NCBI GenBank assembly: GCA_977020255.1
Contig: CDROCS010000370.1
Span: 1,984,001-2,048,000 of the forward strand
Direction: 5' to 3'
Source of the DNA: Obrimoposthia wandeli
Taxonomy: Eukaryota
DNA: 64,000 nucleotides
Shown: positions 48,486 through 58,600 of the stretch, in pieces
Layout: each line of letters begins with the position of its first letter
Position numbering within the stretch: position 1 is the first letter of the stretch
Program-made: the position numbers and the translations under genes
Notes under the pieces: model-generated
Databases searched by the model: none
The model's input: only the letters and a program-made list of their open reading frames with translations
Told to the model about the DNA's origin: nothing

Positions 48486-51400
48486 CAGTATCGGATACAA
48501 ATGATTTTGATAACGCCGTGCGAAAGGCGAGAGAGATTGAGAAAAATATAAAAAATAACGCAGCATTGGCAATTTACGCAATGACTGCAGGTGACGACGA
48601 TAAGACAAAGGTCTTCGTGAATAAAACAGAACCGAGTAATTTTCAGAATCGAAATTATGGACAAAATAAGTTTGAAAAAGTAGATGAATCCAGTAACGGA
48701 AATAGAGATAATTTCCGAAGTAGGAATCGAGATGATTCCATAGGTAGAAATAATAGTGAGTCTTGGAACAGGAATCGAGATGATTCAAGAGGTAGAAATG
48801 GTAATGATTCGTGGAATAGAAATAGAGATGATTCCAGGAATAGATTTAATATAGATAATTCAGGAAATCGCCAACCTTGGAGAGGAGACGATAGGAATTA
48901 CAACGCAAATAGAGGAGAGCGAAGTGACTCTCGATTTGGAAATAATACAGGAAGTAGTGACGGAAGATTCAATAATCGAGGAAGCGGTTTTGAATCGAAT
49001 TTCCGAAGAAATGATTTTAGAGGACGATATGATAATAGACAGAATAGTCGTCGAGTACAGTTCGAAGATGAACAAAATAAGATAGATATTCGAGGGAGAA
49101 TAATGTGTTACACGTGTAAACAAATGGGTCACTATTCGAGAGATTGTACGAGAAGTAAAGAGTTCGGAACTAACAGATTTGGAAATAATAATTTCGGTAA
49201 TAATAATTTTGGAAACAATTATAGAGGATATAATTCACCTCCGCCATGGAATAGAGGTGGTGGATATACTCCACAGTCATGGAGACCGAATAATCAGTAT
49301 ACAGATAGACAACAGTCACCAGGTAGATACAATAATTATGCAGACAGACAGCAAGGAGCTGAGAGATACAATAATTACGTAGGACAGCAAGGAGCTGAGA
49401 GATATAATAATTATGGTAGATATAATAATAATAATGTTGACAAGACAAATAGTCGCGAGAGTTCGCCGAAACCGAAAGGAAATTTTAGTTATGTAAACGA
49501 TGACAGTGATAGGAATCGCGAAACCGAGCTTCGACGCGAAATAGATTTTGAGGATAGTGATAGTAAATTTGAACGAATGTTGGGAATAATTAAAGATTCA
49601 CCACATACAAAGATGGCGAATTCATCTACGTTGTCGAAACAAGAAAAAAGTCTACACTCGAGAGAAGAGATGAATGATTTAATGAATAAAATACTAGAAG
49701 CGTATGAGACACCAATAGAGAAAACGTGTAACGCACAACCTATGACTGAGCATGTAGAAGCAGCGAGAAATGCTACGAGTATGGAAAATGTAAAAAAGAT
49801 AATTAGTGAAGCTAAAGAAACGTTGAATCAACCGTTAGATGAAACGAGTGAAGCTCCAGAAGTTTTGGCCAAATTGCAAACAATTAAAGTACACCGATTG
49901 GAAGAAGTGCGTGCAGAATTGGTTAAACATAGTCATGATAACTTGGGTTACAAAGAAGTACCACGAGGATTATTGAAAGGTTATGGTCGTTACGTACAGA
50001 GATCAAACCAAAAAGGAACGATGAAAATTTCGCTTCGATTAATTTCCGGACAGATTATACATGAAAAACTTAACGTGTATCAGACAATGAAAACTATTCG
50101 GAAAAAGTTGGCCGAGAAACTTGAAATTGATGGAATGAATATGTTGTTCCATTATAAAGGGAGATCACTAGATGATGAGGACGTACCAGTCGAGTGTGGA
50201 TATCCGATAGGAAACGAATTAGAGGAAAAAATTGATGTCATCACTGTAGGACGTCAAGAGTTAGTAGATAATGAAGGATTAACGGAGATATTAAACTCTG
50301 CGTTAGAAATGATAAAAACGCCTATAGAAATTTTAGATAGTTCAAGCGAAAGCGGAGATAATGATGTAGCTGAAGCTTGGAACAAGACATCCACACCAGA
50401 ACCGTACGTAGCTGAATTACAAGAGATGAATTTAGAAAATGAGTTGACAACTCCAGTGGTCGAAGTACCACCAGAACCAGATATAATTCAAATCAGACAA
50501 GATGAAGTCACGGATACAGCTAATCAAGCGAGACAAAACGAAAACGTAACCCAACTAGTAGGAGAAGACGAAATCTCCGAAATTGTAGATTTAGATTCAC
50601 CAATTTGGCATGCTGCATACAAAGATAGACAAGCAGTGCAGATGATGCGACAAAATGAAGAGATTGGCCATGAAGAAGGACCAAGTCAAGAGATACAGTA
50701 TAATGGTGAACCATATGATCCAGGAGAAAATCAAACTGAGTATCAGTATTTTCGAAGAGGACCTGGAAGACCTAGAAAGGACGGAAGTATATTACGAAAT
50801 GTTCTAACTGCACCACAAACTGATGAAGAGAGACATCTAAGCATTGGACAGTTAGCAGCGTCATTAGAGCAGTATAGTACGGAGCGGAATGAAGATATCA
50901 GAGGTGATATGAATTCGGAAACTCCAAGTAGTAAAGATATACTTACGGGAATTCTCAGGCAAGTGAAGCCGAAGTTGTTCAAAATGTACAGAGATGAAAC
51001 AACCGATATAACAGACAATTTGACTAAAGCAGTTAGATCACAGATGTCTGCAGTAAAGAGAATGACTGCGAATCATGTATACCATGCATCGATAGATAGA
51101 TTTTACGACGGTGAAGTTTTAGCGAGATTATGTGGAAGCCAGACTACAAATAAAAAGTTAATTACAGCGATCACATATCTATGTTTCCAATTGACGGAAC
51201 GAACGAGCCAACCTCACGAAGTCAAACAAGGAATAAATGAAGCGATGTATTTGATCGAGAATGTATTGCAGAGACGAATCGACGAAAACGGAGGTTGGGC
51301 AAAATTAAGTGACTACGCTAAAACCATTGTGGAAATGAACGAAGACGACGACGAACAATGTCATGAGAATCGTCAAAGAGAAAATAAACAATACCGTCCG

Positions 51401-52612
51401 AAAGAGAGAAACAATCAACCAAATATGTCCACAACAATGATGATGATGATGTTAGTAATGTTCATGGGAATGCAACAGGCATCAGGATTGATAGCATACG
51501 ACTGTAGCATACCAAAGATGGGACAAAAGTATTCACTGCTTGACAGCGAAGACTGTCCAGAATCACAGCCGTCAAAATTAGAGGTTAAAGGTGTTGAAAA
51601 CTACTTTGTGTATCAGGATGTTGATAAAGTACAAGTAGAAGTGAAAGAATGTTCAGTCCATTCAAGTTATCACGAATTCTATTGTGGCCATATAAGTTTT
51701 ATGTCGGAAATCACACCTACTACACCGTACAAAGCACATAAGGTTTTTCCGAGAGATTGCGAAGACGCATTTCGTACAGGAACAATAGAAATAGACAAGA
51801 ATTACAAACCTAATGTAAAAATTGGAGTGAGACGATACGAAACAGTCACGAGAGTCGGACAACGATGGGCTGATGGATCTTGTGACGGAGGAACAAAACA
51901 CGTGCGTGGAACCAAAGTAACCGAGTTAGTAATGGACGTAACGTACAAAATTGAATTAAAATCATGGACCGCCAATTTTGATAAAAAGACACAACGAATG
52001 ATGAAGTATCCAGAATGTAAAATGACGGATGCATCTTGTTTTACAGGAGAATCCACAATTGTGTATCACGTGAATCCGAAACAATGCTCTTTAGTATTTT
52101 TGAAAGAGATTAGCTTTAACAAAATAAAAGGATTCCTGTATAATAAAGATGGAGAAGGGTTCCTGTATAATAAAGTTGGAAAAGGATTGCTCAATGAAAC
52201 AAGACCAATCCCAATGACAAAGACACCTACACTGTTAATGGCAACATCAATAGAAGAAGGATTGATATTTATTAAAAAGAGAAACAAAGCGCGATGCGGA
52301 ATGACTGTTAGTACTACAAACTATCCTGGAATAGTTTTGTCCAAAGAAGCAATAGCATTGGCAGAAACCGAGCTAAAACCTAGAGATATGCAGCTACACA
52401 CGTATTTTAATAATAAAATTGATTTCTATTATCATAAAGGATTGATGCAAATGGAACAGTTATATCGGATGATGATCGAAAGAGATTGCCAGCTAAACAA
52501 AGAGATCGTAAGAACAAAGCTAGCATTAGCTATTACGAATCCAGACATGGTAGCACCATTATTACCCTTGGACGAAGGAGTGTTTGCTAAAACCATGGGA
52601 GAAGTATTGTAA
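48476..52612 (+). CDS. Gag C-terminus with CCHC knuckle, ubiquitin-like domain, AT-hook, Bcl-2-like domain and N-terminal part of the envelope glycoprotein
   Basis: CYTCKQMGHYSRDC (49106-49147); MKISLRLISG...YKGRSLDD (50021-50257); RRGPGRPRK (50753-50779); RIDENGGW (51287-51298); signal peptide plus LIAYDC (51425-51505). Confidence 0.88.
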   Translation: MLLAVSDTNDFDNAVRKAREIEKNIKNNAALAIYAMTAGDDDKTKVFVNKTEPSNFQNRNYGQNKFEKVDESSNGNRDNFRSRNRDDSIGRNNSESWNRNRDDSRGRNGNDSWNRNRDDSRNRFNIDNSGNRQPWRGDDRNYNANRGERSDSRFGNNTGSSDGRFNNRGSGFESNFRRNDFRGRYDNRQNSRRVQFEDEQNKIDIRGRIMCYTCKQMGHYSRDCTRSKEFGTNRFGNNNFGNNNFGNNYRGYNSPPPWNRGGGYTPQSWRPNNQYTDRQQSPGRYNNYADRQQGAERYNNYVGQQGAERYNNYGRYNNNNVDKTNSRESSPKPKGNFSYVNDDSDRNRETELRREIDFEDSDSKFERMLGIIKDSPHTKMANSSTLSKQEKSLHSREEMNDLMNKILEAYETPIEKTCNAQPMTEHVEAARNATSMENVKKIISEAKETLNQPLDETSEAPEVLAKLQTIKVHRLEEVRAELVKHSHDNLGYKEVPRGLLKGYGRYVQRSNQKGTMKISLRLISGQIIHEKLNVYQTMKTIRKKLAEKLEIDGMNMLFHYKGRSLDDEDVPVECGYPIGNELEEKIDVITVGRQELVDNEGLTEILNSALEMIKTPIEILDSSSESGDNDVAEAWNKTSTPEPYVAELQEMNLENELTTPVVEVPPEPDIIQIRQDEVTDTANQARQNENVTQLVGEDEISEIVDLDSPIWHAAYKDRQAVQMMRQNEEIGHEEGPSQEIQYNGEPYDPGENQTEYQYFRRGPGRPRKDGSILRNVLTAPQTDEERHLSIGQLAASLEQYSTERNEDIRGDMNSETPSSKDILTGILRQVKPKLFKMYRDETTDITDNLTKAVRSQMSAVKRMTANHVYHASIDRFYDGEVLARLCGSQTTNKKLITAITYLCFQLTERTSQPHEVKQGINEAMYLIENVLQRRIDENGGWAKLSDYAKTIVEMNEDDDEQCHENRQRENKQYRPKERNNQPNMSTTMMMMMLVMFMGMQQASGLIAYDCSIPKMGQKYSLLDSEDCPESQPSKLEVKGVENYFVYQDVDKVQVEVKECSVHSSYHEFYCGHISFMSEITPTTPYKAHKVFPRDCEDAFRTGTIEIDKNYKPNVKIGVRRYETVTRVGQRWADGSCDGGTKHVRGTKVTELVMDVTYKIELKSWTANFDKKTQRMMKYPECKMTDASCFTGESTIVYHVNPKQCSLVFLKEISFNKIKGFLYNKDGEGFLYNKVGKGLLNETRPIPMTKTPTLLMATSIEEGLIFIKKRNKARCGMTVSTTNYPGIVLSKEAIALAETELKPRDMQLHTYFNNKIDFYYHKGLMQMEQLYRMMIERDCQLNKEIVRTKLALAITNPDMVAPLLPLDEGVFAKTMGEVL

Positions 52613-52642
52613 ACTTACAAGTGTAATAAAGTAGAAGTACAG

Positions 52643-55600
52643 TTGAGAACAACAAACCGATGTACGAGTGAATTGGCAGTAACGCATAATTTAAAAGAAC
52701 TTTTTGTTGAACCAATCACGAGAATGATACTTCCAAAAGACACTCCAACTAAAGAAATCAGCTGCTCTAATATAATGGCACCTGAATATCAGATGACGAA
52801 TGATCTATGTATAACGTTACCTGATCGAAAGCCAACGAAAACCCCAGCAATGATAAAAATGACGAATCTTAAAGGTAAAATGAAATTCGAAGCGGTAGAA
52901 AATATGGAGAACGCAGGATTGTACAATGAAAAAGACTTAAAAGCGGCATGGAACGAAATAATGTTTCCAGTAAAAAGAGCCAGAGTACTTACGGAGATGG
53001 TACATCGAGCATTACCGCCAGGAGCTAGATATGCGAATTTCGATATGTTGTTATCGCCAAGTCATTTCAAGGAAGCAGCACATCAGACGCTTAGAAAGAT
53101 GTGGGGGAAATTCCTTGTTTTAGGACAATTATTTTCGGGTATCATAGGTATTTATGTTATAATTAAATTTGTGCAGGTAATTATAGCCCAGGTGTTGTCT
53201 ACGTATAGTTTATACAGGATAACCGGAATCACCTGGCAACTTATAATTGGATGTTTTCCATTTTTAGCAAAATATCTAATGCACCATCATCACGAGAACG
53301 AGTTGCGAGCCCTCAAGAAGGAGCAACATCAAACGAGAACCATGATGCGAGAACCAAGAAACTATCAAGACGACAACGACGACGATAATGATAGCCCAGG
53401 AGTATATGCAAAGATACCAGGAAAACCAAAGATTCCGTTACCAGACAAGGAAGAAGTGGCGTTAAACCTATATCCAATGAAGGAACTAAAGGAAGAGAAG
53501 GAAAAGTTCAAGAGAGGCATCTTAATGATAAGATGGCCTAAAATGAGCTACAGTGAGATTCCACAAGCAGAGGAAAAAGACAAAAAAGATAATTCCAGAA
53601 TAATTCTGAAGTCTAGGATATCAAATGAGAATCCAAATGCTCCACCACAAGTAGCAGTAACATTGAACGGAAGAGAATATCTTGCCGAAGTTGATACCGG
53701 ATCTGCAGTATCAGTACTGAGTAAAGAAATTTTGTCATCAAAAGAATTAAGAGAAGTATGTCCTAGAAAACAGACATTTGTTAACGTAAATGGTACAGAT
53801 GTAGTGTCGGAAGGAACACTGAAATGTTCATTGAATATCGATGGAAGAGCATTACAGTTAAATGCTAGAATATTCACAGATTGCGGTAGTCCAGTCATGA
53901 TTGGGATGGACGTAATAAGAATGTTTGAAGGAATAATCATATTACCAAACAACAAGAGTTATAAGAATGACAGTTCAGTGAGAGAGATAAAAATGTTGAG
54001 AAGACCTATAGTCGAAAAGGAAAAATACACTACGTTCCGTATGGGAAATTCGTACCAAGACAAAAAACAGGAAGCGCTAGTAAAGTCGATACTTCACTAC
54101 AAAAACGTAAACCTCGGACCACAAGAGATGACGAGGAGGAAAATAACATATGTGAATCTGTCAGAAAAGGATCCCATGAGATTCGAGAAAAAGAGACGAA
54201 ATATATTAGAACAGTACTATTCAAAAGAAATGGCACGTAAAATGGCAAGATCAGGTTTAGAAATGTTAAACGCGACAAGTAGTTATGGTCATGAGGAAGT
54301 CGTACGATGCGTATGGTGTAGAGTAAAGTTTAGAGAGTGGGAAAAGAATGAAAACCCAATGAGACGCCATAAAAAAGACGCACCAAATTGTCCATTTCTT
54401 TTGAAACTGAAAACGTCAAACGTACCAGAAATCCAAAAGGGAAAAGCACCCGATTTCGATTACAGTGACGAGATTCCAAAAGGAAAATCAGCTCTAATAA
54501 CAGGTAGAGTAATAACAAATAGCCGAATTGAAGACATATTCGAAGTTATGCGAGAAGTGAACGAATGTGACGAACAGTATCGAGAAGTAACTTTCGAAGA
54601 TCCAAGACTTAAAAAATTGGCAAAAAAGGGACTTTTTGCTATAAAAAAGGATGGTAAAGACGTAATTAAATGCCACAAGTGTAAAAAAGAACGAATTATC
54701 GACAGATATACTCTTGAGCTACCTAAGAAAATTTTACATCATGAATTTTGCGAGTTTTGTATGTTAAAAAACAAAATAAAGCAAAAAGAACAGAAAACCG
54801 AATGTATAATCGAATACCAAATCACACGGAAAGAGATTTTGGCTCAACAAGACACACCGGTAGTGTCATTCGTGAGAAGGTTATATCCAAAAGAAGCAGA
54901 AAGAATCAGAGATTTGGTAGAATTAAAAATAAAAACTACGCGAAATGGATACGGATCAATTTTTGAATTACTGAAAGATAAAGATGACAGTACAATTGAA
55001 ACAAAAGAGAAAGAGTACATAAATGAACTAGAATACGTACTAGAAGATCCGGAATGCGCAGTTTGCATGGTCAACAAAATAGAAGTTGCCTTTCTACCAT
55101 GCGGACATGTAAGAACATGTCGGAGATGTGCGAATGAAATGGTATCATGTCCGATTTGTCGAAGAATAATAGATCGACAAGAGAGAAACATTAGATTTCA
55201 CTATCCAAACCTAGGAAGTGGACCGACAGAGTGTAATAATTCGATAAATACAATATACCATATGGAAAATATAAATGGAGCACAGCGACCAGCAGCTATC
55301 ATTAGAGTAAATAATTTAAGAGTAAAAGCCTTAATTGATACAGGTGCTGTAGCTTCGATAGTAAGTGAAGACTGTTTTACAGAGGAACAGAAACGAACAA
55401 TGGCAGAACCAGATGAATTCTTGGTATCGGTCAATGGAGACCCTGTTAAAGTGACGGGAATATTACCATGTACATTTATAATTGGACGTAATACGATCAC
55501 TATACCAGTTAGAATCATGAAAGAATGTCCTGAACCTACAATTTTAGGAATGGATGTACTATCACAACTTAAAGGGATAAGTATTGATTTACAAGATCCA

Positions 55601-58600
55601 AGATTGAAGGATAGCACATCAAACAGACAAATAAACCAAATTGATGTAATTATAGAGAATCCTATAAAAATCGGTAAAAGATCACAATTTCTCATTCAAG
55701 GTCACACATTATCAGAAGATAAAGGACCAGTTGTGTTCGAACCATCACGAGATTTCATAGAGAAATACGAATTGCCAGTTGTGAGTACAGTATGTCTGAT
55801 CGAAAACCACAAAATACCAGTTAGACTGATGAATACAACCAACAATGACATTCTATTATACAGAGGAATGAGGTTGGGAAAGATAGCACAGATGGAGAAT
55901 CCCACCGTGTGTGCTATGAAACTCGATAAAGATACGAATGATTACGAAGAAATAGTAATCCAATCAGAAAGACTGACAACTAGAGAAAAGAAACAATTAC
56001 TTGATCTAATACATAAATTTCCGAAAGTAATTGCAAAAAATCCATATGACATAGGAGAAACACCTGTCATAAAACATACAATACCACTGACAGAAGATAA
56101 AGTAGTCAGAAGAAGACCATATCGAGTACCATTACAGTTACAAGATGAAGTAAAAAGTCAGATCGAAGATATGTCTAAAACAGGAGTAATTAGACCGAGT
56201 TTTTCGCCATTCTCAGCACCTGTGGTGTTGGTAAAAAAGAAGGATGGGAAAATGAGATTCTGTATAGATTTCAGAGAACTGAACAAGATCACAAGAAAAG
56301 ATGTGTATCCATTACCTAGAATCGAAGAAATGCTCGATAAATTGGGTAATTCAGATTATTTTACAACATTAGATTTGCAGAGTGGATACTGGCAAATCGA
56401 GATAGAGGAAGAGGATAAACACAAAACAGCCTTTTCCTGCGGAGATGGATTATACGAATGCGAAAAGATGCCATTCGGACTGACAGGAGCTCCAGCAACA
56501 TTTCAGCGTTGCATGAATTTTGTACTCGCATCGTGTGCAAACACGATGGTTTATATCGATGACATAATAATATTTTCGAAAACGTTCGAAGAACATTTAA
56601 AAAATCTTGAAGTTGTATTTAAAAGACTGGAAAACGCTAAATTAAAAGTTAAACCTACAAAATGCGAATGGGCTAAAGAGCGAGTAACATTTTTAGGACA
56701 TATAGTATCGAAAGAAGGCATTCGACCTGATCCGGCAAAGATCGAGAAAGTAAAAGCGCATTTAGCGCCAAAGACTGTTAAGGAGATACAGAGTTTTTTA
56801 GGTCTTGCGAATTATTATAGACGATTTGTTGAACATTTTTCAGATATAGCAACACCATTGAGAAAGTTGACGAGGAAAGATGAGAAGTTCATATGGGGAG
56901 AAGAAGCACAACAAGCGTTCGAGCATTTAAAAGAAAGACTAATCAAAGCACCAATATTAGCGTTTCCAGATATAAACCGACAATTCATACTCATGACAGA
57001 TGCAAGTAACTATGCTGTAGGAGCAGTATTGGGACAAGAGGATGACGAAGGAAGAGAACACGTCATCGCGTATGCGAGTAGAGGATTAAACAGAGCCGAA
57101 AGAGGATACTCTGTTATCGAAAAGGAATGTCTAGCCATAGTGTATTCCTGTAGACAATACAGACACTACTTGCTAGGACAAAAAGTATTCCTGTATACAG
57201 ATCACAAACCACTACAGTTCTTATATAAACATAGAGATGAGATGAGTAGATTAAACAGATGGTTTCTAAAATTGGCCGAATTCGATCTAGAAATCCGTTA
57301 TAGAACCGGAAAGTCGAATGGCAACGCAGATTGTTTGTCGAGATTGACAAATGTAGACGAGAAAGGAAACATAATTCCAGAAGAAGATGAAACCAATGAC
57401 CAAAAAGGAGAAGCAAATCTACTGACGATTTTGCTGAAGACGGGTAAAATAGACAAAGAGATCATCAAGGAACAGAAAGAAGATGAAGAATTGAGTCTAA
57501 TCAAAGAATTGTTGGTGAAAGGAGATCTAAACGATGAAATGACGAAAAAATACTCGATAAAAGAAGGAATCTTGTATATTGTCAATAATGTCGGAAAGAT
57601 AATAGTAGTAATTCCGAAGTCATTGAAAACAGCAGTAATGATCCAGTACCACGATGGAACCTTAGGAGGACATCTGTCAGGGCGAAAGACAATAGCCAGA
57701 ATCAAAGAGAAATACCATTGGGATGGTATGGAAGACGACATAAAACAATGGTGTAAACAATGTAAAGTATGTTTAACCAGAAAAGACACTGGAACTCGTA
57801 CTAAAGTTCCACTGAAACCAATGCCAGTCCCCTTGGCACCAATGGAATTCACAGCGATGGATATATTGGGACCATTGAGAGAATCAAGTAAAGGAAACAA
57901 GTACGTCATAGTATTTACAGACTATATGACGAGATGGGTAGAAGCATATCCCATGCAGAACCAGAAAGCTGAAACAATAGCGCAAATCTTAGTGGAAGAG
58001 ATAATATTTCGATACGGAGTGCCTAGAAAGTTGTTAACGGATCAAGGTAAGAACTTCACTGGAGAAGTAATAAAAGCAGTATCGAAGATATTCGGAATTA
58101 TGAAGTTACAAACTTCACCATATCACCCACAAACATATGGTCTAGTAGAAAGGTTTAATAAAACTTTATGTATGATGGTACAATCCTATTGCTCAGACAA
58201 GCAAGAGGATTGGGATAAATATTTACCTTCATGTTTATATGCTTACAGGAATTCAGTTCGAGAGGCGACGGGTCACACACCATTCTATCTGATGTATCTC
58301 AGACAGAACAATATGCCAATGGATCTGGAGTGGACCGAGCCAACATCTCAGTATCTAGAAACTGAACAATACATTGTCGTCATGAAGGAAAGATTGCAAG
58401 ATGCTTGGACCAAAGCCGGAGTGAAGTTGAAATTCAATCAAGAAGGTTACAAGAAACAATACGACAAAAAAGCAAAACCACATGAATTTAGAGTCGGAGA
58501 TCAAGTGATGATATTTTATCCAGTCATCGAACCAGGTCTATCGTTTAAACTCCATAGACCATACAAAGGACCGTACAAGGTGATCCAGACAACCTCAACA

